Assembly (NCBI RefSeq): GCF_030684315.1
Contig: NC_081387.1
Location: forward strand, 11,262,867 to 11,326,866
Reading direction: 5' to 3'
Origin: Stegostoma tigrinum
Lineage: Eukaryota
DNA: 64,000 nt
Part shown: positions 1-12,641 of the stretch, in pieces
How positions within the stretch are numbered: the stretch's first letter is position 1
Layout: each line of letters begins with the position of its first letter
Made by a program: the position numbers and the translations under genes
Notes under the pieces: model-generated
Databases searched by the model: none
What the model was told of the DNA's origin: nothing
The model's input: only the letters and a program-made list of their open reading frames with translations

Positions 1-62
1 TGCGCACTATTCACTGACCATCATTCTAACCTTGCCTGTTCTTTGTATAGACTTTCGCACAG

Positions 63-191
63 GTAATGAGGGGAACAGCACAGCCGAGTCCAAGTCAAAT
101 ATCTCTCTTTTTGTGTTTGCAATGGCGGTGGAGTTGTCTCTCCTGTTCATCATGGTGGTTCTCGTCATTGTCATGCACTGCCAAAAGACTG
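63..191 (+). CDS. NCR3: NCR3/NKp30-like receptor copy 1, transmembrane exon (upstream exons outside window)
   Basis: Acceptor cgcacag| at 62, donor |gtaaca at 192, phase 1-1, 129 nt. Encodes GNEGNSTAESKSNISLFVFAMAVELSLLFIMVVLVIVMHCQKT. Same length and boundaries as the TM exon of copy 2 (53207-53335). Confidence 0.8.
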
Positions 192-221
192 GTAACAATC
201 CGAATTTGTGTGCCTGTGAGT

Positions 222-815
222 ATCATAGTCACATCATCGGACAGCACCGAAACAGGCTCCCAATTCCGCTCGCCCATGTCAGCCAGGTTTTCCACACTAA
301 ACTAATCCTATTTGCCTCATTTTGGCCCATAGCCCTCGAAGCGTTTGCTGTTCATGTCCCTGTCCAAATGTCTTTCCAGTGTTGTAACTGCAGCACTTCC
401 TGCTGGCATTTCATTCCGTATGCGCATCACCCTCTGTGTTTACAACGATGCCCCCTGCAGTCCCGCTCGATGGTTTTCTCCTCTCATTTTAAACCTATGC
501 CGTCTAGTTGTGAGCTCCCTTTCTGTAGGGAAAGTACCTTTTTAGTATCCTTGCCCCAGTAGACGAGACGTATGCAGTTCTCCAAAAGTGTTCTGTACAG
601 CCACAATATGACATCCCAACTCCTATACTCCACGCACTGACCAATGAAGTCAAGTATGCCAACTGACTTCTTCATCTCCCTAACTGCCTGCGATCCCACT
701 TTCAAGGAAGTATATGCTTGAATCCTTTCTGGTCTCTGTTCCATAACACTCCCCAAGGCCCTACCATTCACTACGTATGTCCTGCCCTGGCTTGTCTTAA
801 CAGGATACAACATCT
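222..815 (-). mobile_element. CR1-type LINE 3' fragment (intronic)
   Basis: Minus-strand ORF 484-813 contains FIGQCVEYRSWDVILWLYRTL, the CR1 ORF2 C-terminal motif seen in other copies in the window. Confidence 0.75.
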
Positions 816-1105
816 CATTGTCGGGGTATGAACGGTGCTAACTTTGCAAGTTTTAACCTGTAAGTCGGCCAGGTTGAGTTGGAACGCTGGCTATAAACTC
901 CCCGAGCCCGTTCACTGATTCGCTTTGAATTGGGAGTCGTGTTGTGGCCCTGGGTGGCTGAAAGCAGCACAGCCTCCCTCACATTGGGCTATTTCTCAAG
1001 AAGGGAGTTCAGTCAACTTGGACGACACATTATGTCAATAAGGAGTGAACTTAATTATGGGCTCAGAAATTTAATAATTCTGTTCCCACTTTCCTTTCTC
1101 CACAG

Positions 1106-1273
1106 CCACTCCTCAGCAACCCGAAAGGTAACCGGCTGGATAGAGTCAGTTATTTGATGCCCGATCTGGTATTTCGCTTGTTATCTGTGATTTCTTCAAC
1201 ATCTCACTTCCCTGCTGTACATTTTATTTTTGCTGCAGGCCAGTTCCCCTGTACGCAGAGATGTATAAAGGAG
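1106..1273 (+). CDS. NCR3: NCR3-like copy 1, cytoplasmic micro-exons 1106-1127 (ATPQQPE) and 1239-1273 (RPVPLYAEMYKG)
   Basis: Splice signals tttcctttctccacag|...aag|gtaacc and tttttgctgcag|...gag|gtgagt. Sizes 22 and 35 nt match the paralogous exons at 54258-54279 and 54392-54426, and the phases are compatible. Confidence 0.7.
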
Positions 1274-1710
1274 GTGAGTAACACAGAGAAATATGCATAA
1301 TATCTCGGTTTATAGATTGAATTTGACTTCTCTTTGATGGGGTGGCTAATTGTATCTTTTGATAGTTCTAATCTGAAAATCTGTCAGAAACTAGAGATTA
1401 ACGATGACTTGGAGAATGCCAAGGGGTCATATAGATTTTCTCTCTTAACTCGGCGAATCACTGTTATCTGGAATACATTGACTGATGGGGAAACATGAAA
1501 TACGATAAGAGGAATTTTCGCCGAGAAATAGATGTTTCAAAGGAGGCGAGTTGCAGGATTCATTGGGAAAAAAGTAGCAAATTGGGCTTGATTGGCAGCA
1601 CTTTTATGTTGCATCCTATAATATTACGGTGTCGGGTACTGTATTTTAATGTATAACCTTAAGTGGAGTTTGTTGAATTATACGATATTAATCGCTTCTC
1701 TGTTGCCTAG

Positions 1711-3636
1711 AGACAGGGTGTCTAGTGTTCGCTCTGAAAGCAGAAGAACCGACCTGATACATAACTCCAATTATAACATCAGTGAACTTGGTAACTTGGT
1801 TGTCAATATTTCCAGCTAGTTTGTAGCCATTGTCATTGTGCAGATGGAGATAAAGAAGCGAAGACTCTTGTAGCACAGTCATAGAATACCCCTGGTTTAA
1901 CAGGTCTGGGATCTAGTCCCACCTGCTCCAGAGGTATGTTGTCGCCTCTCTGAGCAGATTGGTCCAAACACATCTGGATAAATACGCAAAGCTCGGGGTA
2001 CCGCTTGCTGTTTATGATGATGTGTGAGATTTTTCAGCTTGCTCCGCTGACTTGCATTGTGTTCCTTTCCAGAGGCAAGTTTCAGGCAGAGCTACAGAAA
2101 ACTGGCAACAAGTAGAAATATCGGAATTCAACAGAGGGCAGTCAAGGAAATGTGTGAAATGAAAGCGGAATGGTCCAGGAATCAACAAAAAACAGAGGGC
2201 ACTCAGGTTTGAGATGAGGAAAGACCGCTTCACGAAGGGTGTTGCATATCAATAGTTTTCTCTTGTCCCGATAGTTCGGTCAATGAGTTGATTAGAGACG
2301 GAGATCGGTAGATGATTCAGCTCTTGATAAACCAAAGAGCATGGTTGGTGGGAAAAGGAATTGATGTCGTTGGCCTAGACGTTTGTACCAACATGCACCG
2401 ACGTGCTATTACAGATATCTGGGATGCGATGGGACTTGTACTGAAGTCGTCTGCCCCAGAGATTGGGACACTCCGAATGTCTCATAGGCTCTACCATCAT
2501 CAACTGCTTCATCAATGACCTTGAGAGCTCATCAAATGCTCTCAGAATTTAATGGGCCACTGGACCCGAAGCGTTAACTTTGATTTCTCTCCACAGGCGC
2601 TGCCAGACCCACTGAGTATTTTCTCTCTATTTCTGTTTCTGTCTCAGTATTTGTTCCGTTGTCCATCTTCCATGTTTTGTTCTCGCTGTTGTTTCCATTA
2701 AGGCCGAGATCAAACTCGTCTTTGCTGTCGCAATTCAGCGTCTCGTCTGTTAAATTTTAATGGTTTCTTCCTAACTCACACGTCTGTTATCTGTTTAGCG
2801 ATTAATCACTTCTTTCATATCCGATGAAGCACATGCAAACGCTCTTGTTTATCAAATATTGTCTCTTGTTCTTATTCTGATTCCAGAAAGTATTTCTCCA
2901 ATCTCTGCATCAAGTCTCTCGTTATTTTTTTTCTGCTGTGAGTTCCAAGATCAGTTTTAAAGAGATGATACTTTGAGTCTCAGTCCTGAGTGCCTGCACT
3001 CCAGTGATCTTGGTTTCAGTGTCCTTTTAACTCGTATTTGACCTCTTGAGTCACTTCGAATGTACTTGCAGGTTGGAGGTTATTGATGTTGCTGAACAGC
3101 GTGTCTCAGGTTGCGTTTTGAACGCTGCACTGTTGCTGACTCGCGGCTCTATACTCGATTTGCACCAGTTCACGCCAACGCTTTAACCTCAATAGGACGA
3201 CGACGGGATCCAATACACCGGGAGCAATGCGCAGGAGGACAGTCGATGTGAGGGCCCGGTGAATGACAGACAGTGACCGTGGGCGCAGTGAAGAAAAAGC
3301 GGCAGAAACGATTCAGCTTTGTGAAACACCGCCAGGGGGTGATAGATGAAGCTCTTCCCCCACCTCTCCCTCCCACCACCACCCAGTGATCTCGCCCTTA
3401 ATTTCTCTGGAGACTCTGCCAGGCGGCCGAAGTTGGAGTGCTGGTGTTGCAGGGAATTGTTCCCCAGTCGAACAGCTTCTGAGTGAGTTCCATCCGTTTG
3501 CGCACATGTTGCAAGGACTTGCAAACTGAAATATATGTAACATTTAGACCGCTCGGTATGAGTTGTAAAATCTTGCTGCCTTTGCTCGATATGTTTTCAC
3601 CCTCACTTTTGAACGGTATCGTGCCACTCAAATAAA
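1711..3636 (+). other. NCR3-like copy 1, degenerate distal tail exons (1711-~1757 and from 3196) and 3' UTR with AATAAA at 3631-3636
   Basis: Homologous to copy 2 exons 55027-55067 and 56597 onward. The 1711 exon is 5 nt longer, has lost its GT donor (ctg|atacat) and reads ETGCLVFALKAEEPT*. The last exon has a 1-nt deletion relative to copy 2. The polyA signal is conserved in both copies. Confidence 0.55.
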
Positions 3637-5289
3637 CAGGTCGAAGCAAATGCTAAAAATACAGTGAATGTCTTCTATGTTCGCCCTCGTCCGTATCCAC
3701 ATGCACCCAGTTTCGGTCCACAACTCCTCAGGCTTCTTTTTAAAAAAATCTAATTTGAAAATAAAACGGGGAGAACTGAAGGACGGTCTACCTGTCCCAA
3801 ATGCCTGTCTGAAGGAGACATTCTGGCATCTGTGTGACAACACCTCTGTGTAAGAGAAACGGCACAGAACCACCTCTCTCCGAAAGGCACAGTACTGTCA
3901 CATGTTGTCAACCTTTTCTTTCCTCTTTGCTATCATTCAGTTTTGAATATGTGTCTCTCTTTGGCTCCTAAAGAGTGGGAGAGAGAGAGATATTCAACTC
4001 AGAGATCATAATGCCAGTATTCCTCATGACTAAGATGCTGATGTTTTAAGGATTTCGAAACTATTATTCCCGACACCACTGGGTCCAATCCTTCCCTCCC
4101 TCGAGACACTGACATTAGGGCCACCAGCAATGACAGGCCCGTGTGAGGCATGTTTTAACCAATCTGCACAAGAGGTGTTAGTGCATACCCTTGGAGCAGG
4201 TGCGAGCTGAACACATCTTTTAGCTCAGAGGCAGTGACGGTCACATTGTGCCACAAAAACGCTCATCTCCTTGTGAAGTTAGTGACGTTGCAGGACTGGG
4301 TGGTGATGTTATTCCTCTTTGTGGCGTCAACGATGACGCAGGGCGCCAGGAACACCCACATCCGGATGACGTAGAGAGTTGTCATCAATGAGGTAGAGAA
4401 GGTCTAACATCAGTGTGATAACGAGGGGACCAGTGGGAGTCAAGGCAGGTCGATTGGGCTGAATGGCTTACTCCTGTTCTTGTACATCTGCGTTCAACTG
4501 TTGCCTGGTTCACAGTAGCCCTTCAAGTTAGGAAACCTGCAGTCCTTGTCTGGCCTGCCTAATGTGGCTCAAGCCCCACAATAACGTGGGTGTTTCTGAA
4601 GGGCCCTCTGAAAATGTCCGGACTAACCCATCAGAAAAGGGCAGCAAATACTGGCATTTGAACCTATGCAAGAATACCACGAATGAGTAAACTAAAAGTT
4701 ATGAGCTCCCATCCCAGGGAGTCTGCACCCCAAAGTATATCACCTCATCTGATGCATTTGAGGACGGGCAGGGAAATGGAGTTAGGCTACACCATCTCAT
4801 CGGGTAAGATCTCATTGAATGGCAGAACAGGCAGAAGGGGCTGGATGGCCACCTCCCGTTCTTATGTTGCAAATGCTTGCTGTGTGCAAATTTCCGCTGG
4901 GCCTAAAATACTTGGCGGGGGTGGGGTGGGGGGAAACTCATAGGAGTAACGTGATTTGGGAGGGTCTGATTCACCAGACAAAACAAAGAATTTTGGGAAA
5001 ACTGAGCAGGCCAAGCAGCATCTATGGAGAGAGAGAGAGAGAGAGGGAGAGAAAGAGCGAAAGTTTCGAATCCAGCAACCGATCCTCAGAATTGGTAACA
5101 ACAGCTGTCTCAACTTAAATACTGAGTTCCGTGACTGAGGAATCAAGGACTAAAAGCCAGGTATTTTAGTCAAAGTTTTTTTTTGATCTTCAAAACTTGA
5201 AACTTATAAAAGTATCAACGTTGTCCTGAATTATCACAGGAATAAAAACATTCTAACTGAATTTACTGTGACTTTGATATTCCTTCCAA

Positions 5290-5677
5290 CCGGAAGAACT
5301 GCGAATGTCGGAAATCAGAAACAAAGCAAAGTTGCTGGAAAAGCTCAACAGACCTGGCAACATCTGCGAACGAGAAAACAGAGTTAACGTATAGGGTCCA
5401 GTGACCCTTCCTCAGAACCGTTCTCAGAAACGCTAACGTTATTCCAGAACCCTCTCCCCATCCCCCTCTCTGATGAAGGGTCTAGGCCCGAAACGTCAGC
5501 TTTTGTGCTCCTGAGATGCTGCTTGGCCTGCTGTGTTCATCCAGCCTCACATTTTATTATCTTGGATTCTCCAGCATCTGCAGTTCCCATTATCACTCAG
5601 AAACGTTAACTCCGTTTTCTCCTTCGCAGATGCTGTCAGAGCTGCTGAGCTTTGCCAGCAACTTTGTTTTTTGCTCC
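5290..5677. mobile_element. Palindromic Penelope-derived short element (family B) interrupted by a family A Penelope 3' end
   Basis: Arms caaagttgctggaaaagctcaacagacctggcaacatctgcgaa..gagttaacgt (5327-5390) and their reverse complement (5603-5670). The insert 5438-5595 is flanked by ctcagaaacg(c/t)taac at 5423-5437 and 5596-5610. Confidence 0.75.
5466..5500 (+). ncRNA. Minimal type I hammerhead ribozyme motif in Penelope 3' end
   Basis: CTGATGA (5470-5476), stem II gggt-ctag-gccc, GAAAC, then GTC cleavage triplet. Stem III is reduced to palindromic ACGT and stem I is only about 2 bp. Confidence 0.6.
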
Positions 5678-6194
5678 AGCGTTTGCAAACATCCTGATTG
5701 TACGCACGCAACCATTTATTGATTAAAATCGCGCTGGTCAGATCTATGTGTCATTCAGCGCATTTCTGCATGTTTGAAATCCACCATATGGGGCAATCGG
5801 ATCGAGCAAACTGCCTGAGATTCGAAGCCAATGCTGTCATGAACAGAAAGCAGAAGAATCCAGACGACTCCATTCTCCCTGAATTAATTCACCATTTTAT
5901 TAACAGCCCTTCCCTCAAAACACGCTCCATTACCGTTCTCACGTGTTTGTGCATAGCCTTCAGGGAGATTTAATGCCTCTCCTGCTGCCTACGCTCCCCA
6001 TCTTGAAAATAAAAACGAACAGGAACGAGAGGACCGATCAGCTCAACTTGCTGTGCTGGCAACTGATTCAATCGCCGGTTTTCCGCGGACATCTACTTTT
6101 TCCAATTTTAGTTTGTTTTGCCGATGTATTTTCCGACCAGAACAAATGATTTGTTGCCTTTCACAGGGTCAAGGTGCATTTTCGCATTTTTGAA

Positions 6195-6450
6195 CTCCAC
6201 CTGCAAGTTTCCCTCCAAACTACCCAATGTCCTGTCTTGGAGATATTATGACTTTCCTTCACTGTCGCTGAGTCAAATTCCAGAAATTCGTTCCCTGGTG
6301 GCATTGTAGATGAACATACAGCCCACGGACTGCAGCGGTTCAAGAAGGCAGCTCACCACGACCTTCTCAAGGGGGCAATTAGGGACGAGCAATAAATGCT
6401 GGGCCATGTCAGTGACACCCACCTCCCATGAGTAAATAAAAATTAAAAAA
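6195..6450 (+). mobile_element. 3' end of a CR1/L2-superclade LINE (second family)
   Basis: acctgcaagtttccctccaa... matches the end of the LINE fragment at 43980-44035. Ends in gcaataaatgctgg and an A-rich tail. Confidence 0.55.
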
Positions 6451-7026
6451 ACACTACCCTAACGTTCCTTGTGGAGGGGGCTACCCATCAATAACCTAAA
6501 AGTTACGCACAGAGAGTTGTGAAGGTAAATGTGCACATGTTAATGGTAGCACACAGGTGGCCGTGAGATTTCTGCACTTTCAGATCAATGACTGTCAGAT
6601 TTTGCTTCATTTGAAGCACTTTGGGACACGCTCCTGCATGAAACACTTGAGATAAATACAACTAAATTAAAACAGAAAGTGCCAAGGAAACGCAGCAGCT
6701 CGAACAGCATTTGTGCGAAGACAAACAGTGCCAATGTTTCAAATCCGCTGCAACGCCGGTCTGAAGTATGACCTTAAGAGGTCATTTGGCGAGAGAAATG
6801 GCTTTAACGCCGGCTTCAGCATTCGACTTTGACTGGACTGCATCATGATCCTTTTTCTCCGCGAGGGGACCCTGTAAAATAGAACTCACACGATGGCGCC
6901 GCTAACTTTATTGGCGCAGTTCCAACAAAGCGGATATACACCGAGATGGGTTCGAATAAAGAGGTGTTTCTTTTTGTCTGGCACAGACACGATAGGCCAA
7001 TGGGCCCTTTTTTTTTCAAGAAACAT

Positions 7027-7322
7027 TAGATTCCCTACAGTGTGGAAACTGGCCCTTCGGCCCAACAGGTCCACACGGCCCCTTGATGCATCCCACCCAG
7101 ATCCATCCCCCTATAACTCACACACCCCTGAACACTACTGGCAATTTAGCATGGCCGATCCACCTAACCTACACATCTTTGGACTGTGGAGTCACCCGGT
7201 AGGAAACCCACGCAGAAACCGGGAGAATGTGCAAACTCCACACAGACAGTCGCCCGAGGCTGGAATGGAACCCGGGGCCCTGGCGCTGTGAGGCTGCAGT
7301 GCTAACCACTGAGCCACCGTGT
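7027..7322 (-). mobile_element. HE1-type tRNA-derived SINE
   Basis: The reverse complement begins cacggtggctcagtggttagcactgc (A box), then gggttccattcc (B box), then gtctgtgtggagtttgcacattctccc. Several copies occur in the window. Confidence 0.85.
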
Positions 7323-7689
7323 TTGTCCTGTAGATTACTGTGACTCGATTACTCTAAAGGTGACTGGAAACCTTCAAGTTAATTCATGAGCTAGTTGGCT
7401 GGAGTATGAATAGAGTCATTTAACCAACAGCTTCAATTCCACTTGAGAGGTCAACATCAAGACCATTCAACACAACTAACTGAGGTTAACGAGTGAAGTG
7501 AATAGAGTCAACTGATATTTACACTTCTGCAGGAAAGGGTATACATTTATTACAAAGAACAAAAGTGAGTAATATTAATGATTTTAACTTCTACTATTTG
7601 CTGGGCTGACATGAAAAATTTAAAATGTTTACCCAATAGAAGCATTACTTTGCAAAATGCTGTGCAAGGGGAGATCCGCAATAATGCAG

Positions 7690-8010
7690 GATCATAGACC
7701 CCGAGGGAAACGTTATAAACTTCTGCAATTTGTCCACAAAGTCGAGTGACGAGAAAGAATTTCAGGGGGCTGAGTAGGCAGTCTTATGGGGCACCTCTGT
7801 TGAGGATTATCATGCAGGTGGTGTTGTTGCCTGTTCTCACTGGTTGCAGTCTGCTGGGTGAGCAGGTCGAGGGGCCAGTTGCACTGGGAGGAGCACAGAC
7901 CTTGGTGTGGAGTTTGGAGATGAGTTTGGCTAAAATTGTAGAGTTGAAGGCGGATCTGTCATCAATAATTAGAAGCCTGACATCGGGATCCCTGTTATCG
8001 CGATGAGTAT
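7690..8010 (-). mobile_element. Degenerate non-LTR retrotransposon RT fragment
   Basis: The reverse strand has a GAP..CLLSPL-like RT motif (ggggctgagtaggcagtcttatggggcacc on +). Confidence 0.45.
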
Positions 8011-8607
8011 TAGATTTTTCAAAGCCTGTTTATTTAGTCCAGTAATAGTGTCACACAACACATTGGAATGTCTTCTTAATGTGAAGGTGACCTTCGTCCC
8101 TGCTAGGCTGTGCAGTTGTCAGGCTTACTGATACTGTCTCAAACAGATGCCATTGTGGGAGGCAATTTGGTAAGGGTGAGGTCCAGCTATATTTCGCCAT
8201 CTTGTTCATTCACACATGAACTCCTACAGAGCCAGTCTTATAATTAGGTTCTCAGGGCATTTGCAGAAGATAAAAGCCCCTTGTGTAAAGGGTTGCATTT
8301 TAGCATGGATAGAAGATTTGCTGGCTAACATGAAGCAGAGTGAATGTGTGAATGAATTGTTATCAAGGTAGCAAGATGTAATGGGAGTTTCATAATGTTC
8401 ATTACTGAGACTCAACAGTTTACAATTTCCATGAAAAGTTGTATGAAATTTGCTGATGACACAAAGCCATGCCGGAAGATAGTTTGTGATGAGGATAGAA
8501 ACGGGTTACAAAAAGGTCTTGACAGTTCAAATGAGAGACCTGTGAATTGGCAATTGGAGTATAATGTGGGAAAATAAGAAATTATCTATTTGACAGAAAC
8601 AATAAGG

Positions 8608-9181
8608 AGATTGTATAGGATTTTGGTTCAGCCACATTTGGAGTACTGTGTACATTTCTGGCCGCCACATTACCAAAAGGATGTGGATGCTTTGGAGAGG
8701 GTGCAGAGGAGGATGTTGCCTGGTATGGAGGGCTCTAGCTATGAAGAGAGATTGAATAGATTAGGATTATTTTCACTAGAAAGAGGGAGATTGAGGAGGG
8801 ACCTGATTGAGGTCTACAAAATCATGAGGGGTATAGACAGGGCGGATAGCAAGAAGCTTTTTCCTAGAGTGGGGGATTCAATTACTAGGGGCAATGAGTT
8901 CAAAGTGAGAGGAGGAAAGTTTAAGGGAGATATGCGTGGCAAGGTTTTTATACAGAGGGTGATGGGTGCCTGGAACGCGTTGCCAGTGGAGGTTGTAGAC
9001 GCAGACACGTTAGCATCTTTTAAGATATATTTGGACAGGTACATGGATGGGCAGGGAGCAAATGGACACGGACCGTTAGAAAATAGATGACAGGTAGGAC
9101 AGAGGATCTTGATCGGCGCAGGCTTGGTGGGCCGAAGGGCCTGTTCCTGTGCTGTAGGTTTCTTTGTTTCTTTGTTTCTTT
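8608..9181 (+). mobile_element. Young CR1 LINE 3' end inserted in an older CR1 (8240-9860)
   Basis: ORF 8590-9090 LYRILVQPHLEYCVHFW...LGLFSLERGRLRRDLIEVYKIM...WNALP, with a (TTTCTTTG)n 3' tail. The older flanking copy has KFADDTK. Confidence 0.9.
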
Positions 9182-9912
9182 GAGGAACATTTACCAAGTA
9201 GTGAGATATTGAAGTGTTTGAAGATGCACTGAGAAAAGGGTGTCCTTGCTCATGAATCCCAAAAAGATCAGAATGAGAGTGAAGTAATTGGGAAAGCTAA
9301 CGGAATGATATCATTTATTGAGTACAGTGGTATGGAGGTTACACATCAATTATGCGGGGCACAGGCAAGCCTGCATCTGGAGTGTCATGCACTGTGTTGG
9401 TGACAACATGCATAGGAATCAGTTTAGAGAATGAAGTAGATTAATACCTGAGATTGGTAGGTTTTCTTCTGACCAAAATTTGGACAAGATAGTCTTATAT
9501 CAATTTGAATTCAGAAAACAGCAGGCAATTTGCTTGAATAGTAAAAGTTCCTGAGAAATCTTATCATCTTAAATGTTCCTCTTTTGATAGAACCTAGAAT
9601 GAAGTTTAAAAATCAAGGTGACCCATTTTGCAATAGAAAGTATGTGAACATCTTTCTCTAGGAGGGGCATGAATCTTTGGAACATGTTTTTGGAAAATGG
9701 CTGGAAGCAGTGTTCCTGAATATTTTTTAAGGCAGAGCTGGTTAGATTCTTTACAGCCCCTCAAGTCCCTGCTTATTTGGTAAGATTGGAATGTACATTT
9801 CAGGTTGTAATCAAATCAGCCATGTGGGAATAACAGGTTTACATCCCATCCTGGTATATTTATTTGAAAATAGAAGTAGATTTGTTGATGGGAAACAGTG
9901 AGACTTTTCTCT

Positions 9913-12641
9913 TTAGTTGTTCGCATTTGCTTTATTAGTCAATTGAATAATTAATGCAAATGGATAATGCACTGCATTTTTCAAATGCTGTCTGAACCTG
10001 GACTGAGTCACCCCATAAATGAATGCATTTGTACAAGAACTTATTTCCGTCAGCATAACTCCTACCTGTTGGAAAATATATAAAGATTCATTGTAGTTCT
10101 GTGGATTAACTCCAGCAATGTTATAATATAAGAAGTTTAGAACACATAAAAACCACAGGAGTATGAAACTGCCAGATATGGCGAAGAGTAAAATCATAGG
10201 CTTTCTCCTGCTTTCCATTTCTGGGTCAGGGTGATCCTCTGTCTTGCTCTGATTCATCAGTCTCTTACGGACTCGACTTGTCCCTAAAATATGTCTGACT
10301 GTGAGAGCATTTAATAATAAAATTAAAACAAATGGGATTGATGGGGTTAAAACCCTATCAAACCAACTAAATGCTACCCAACCAGGATCACTATAATAGC
10401 TTGGCTTTGTATTACAAAACCAGGGAACATTATCAATTTCTTTTACAGGTTTGTATACAAAGTAAAAAGGCATGTTTTTAAAACAGAACAAAATAAATGT
10501 TGTTCCTAGAACTACAACCACAGTTTTCTTGGTGCAGTATTTTATTTTCAGCTTTCGATGACAAATGGCCACAAAACGGTCAAAGGAGAATGCGATGGTG
10601 AACCAGACAGAACAGTCTCTCTATATATAAAACAGGACAATGAGGCTACGACATACAGGTGTAATGCTCAAAAATGATCCTGGAAAGTAATACAAGCTGA
10701 CCCATAAGAGTATGAACTCAAGGATAGTGTACTGTAGATCTGCTGTTGCCATGCTCACAAGGTAGCAAGTGGTACAGGTGGAAAGGCCACATTTTCCACA
10801 GGATAAGATCAAAATTGCCACTAAATTAGCTGTAAACAAGAGAAAAGAAAGGTGATTACTGATCAGATGTTCTCTTTGTTGGAGTCCAGTGAGCAAATAC
10901 AGGATGCCTAGCACTCCATGTGGGTTGGGCTTTAGGGAACACTTTCAAAATTCTCTAACCTGATTGCAGTGAGTTTTCATCCGGGATCACTCGAGTTAGT
11001 ATATGGGATGGACAAACACCAATGCTGAGGAGGCACATTGCCAGTTTATGTATTTTATTGAAGCTATGTTCCTCATGAAGAATAGCAAAGCAATCATGGT
11101 TTAAATTTAGTACATCTGCAGAAATCAGTGATACAAGGGGAGAGATGTGTCTCGGTAGAGGAGTTTCAAAGTGGTGGTATGTAGGCTCATCAAGTGATTC
11201 AGCAGGAAAATGAAATTTTAGAGACAATCGTAGATGAATGGAGTGTCAAAAAGGGAAATTTCATCCAAGCGAGGTTTCTGTGTATAATTTTGGTCTCCTT
11301 CTCTAAATAATGTAATTATATTACAAGCAGTTCAATAAAAGATTGACTTGACTGATTCCAGGTTGAGCAGGTTGGCCAATGTCAGCTGGAGTTTAGTAGA
11401 AGAAATGATGAACCTATTAAAACATACAGTCGCTCCAATGTTCCACACACAGTGACCGGTCTCAGAGTGCTGATTAGGGCATTGACTCTGGTTCTGGAAC
11501 TCACTGCCATGTCAGACCTCAGAGCCCCGCCCACATCTGTGAAGAAAATTAGAAGGAATGCTGATTGAGGAGATATTTCATCTTCTGGTCAAGCGTGGAA
11601 CAAAGGGACACAGTTTCAGAAAGAGTGGTCTTTGATGTAGATCTCGGATAGGGAGATTTCTTTTAGTCTGTAGAATTCTCTTTTCTCCAGAGAACAGCTG
11701 AGGCTGGATTATTCACTACATTCGAGGCTGATTTTGAGAATTTTGTGTTGAAAATGGATTCTACCTGGTGTGGATAACAATGAAAGCAGAGTTGAGAACA
11801 TGACACATCATGTGTGCATTCTTCAACATATGATAGCTGAGTTCAATGGTGTGAAGTCTCTACCTCTTCTTGATTTAGGATGTAATCTGGTCTGTAGCTT
11901 AAATTCTGGACAGCAAGCTTTTACCTATTTTATTTCACACCTTCTTGTTTCACTCCATTTCATGACCCACTTGCGAGACAATTTGATATTGACTGGGTAT
12001 AATCACCATTTTCCGAATGGACCATAGGAATGTCATCCCGTCAGAGAGAGACAACCGATAGCTATTTAATCTGAGTGCCCCATACCTCAGGCAAAGGAAA
12101 AGGTTGAGAAGGATGGTAACCTCAGCAGGTGCCGGAATTGAACGCACACTGTGGGTGTTAATCTGCATTGCAAACCAGCCACCCAAGCTAACAAACCTTC
12201 TGCATTGACTCATGCTCCCAGTGATAATGTGTTCACTGTGTCAGAGGTTCTACTTGGATGAATGATCCCCATGAAGGATAATACTGCAGTGACTGACGCT
12301 CCCAGTAATACTTCCCCTCGGCAGTTCTAATATACTGAGTGTTCCACAATGCATAATAATTCGGTGAGCTTTTGCAGAACAGATATGTTTATTCTCATTT
12401 TAAGGATGGAATAAAATCAAAAGGCTATTTCAGGAAATTTGAGTTTAAAAAAAAATCATTGATTAGGGTCTGCAGAAAGTCACTGTTCAATCAGAATGCT
12501 ACATTATGAGCCATTGATTGAAAATCTGAGAGTAGCTCTCCCATGCATTTACACACTGTCAATGCTCTTTGTCACTTACCAGGAACGCCGATGATTGAGA
12601 GCCATGTAATACATTTTCCTGAAGTTGTTAAATGTTTCCAT
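9913..12641 (-). pseudogene. GPR139-like: GPR139/GPR142-like class A GPCR pseudogene (exon 1 12641-12580, exon 2 10829-9913)
   Basis: Exon 2 reads ANLVAILIL...MATADL...PVC...FSFDRFVAIC...SSCTNAFIY with an in-frame TAG at 10623-10621 in TM3. Exon 1 (METFNNFRKMYYMAL/IIGVP|gtaagt) carries a frameshift. TATAAA at 12706-12701. Confidence 0.85.

Noticed and set aside
32-562. 176-aa ORF as a single-exon gene
   Set aside because: Only 63-191 is exon. The rest is read-through into intron and antisense CR1 sequence.
7240-7322. tRNA gene
   Set aside because: The A and B boxes belong to the tRNA-derived head of a multi-copy HE1-type SINE and continue into SINE body sequence.
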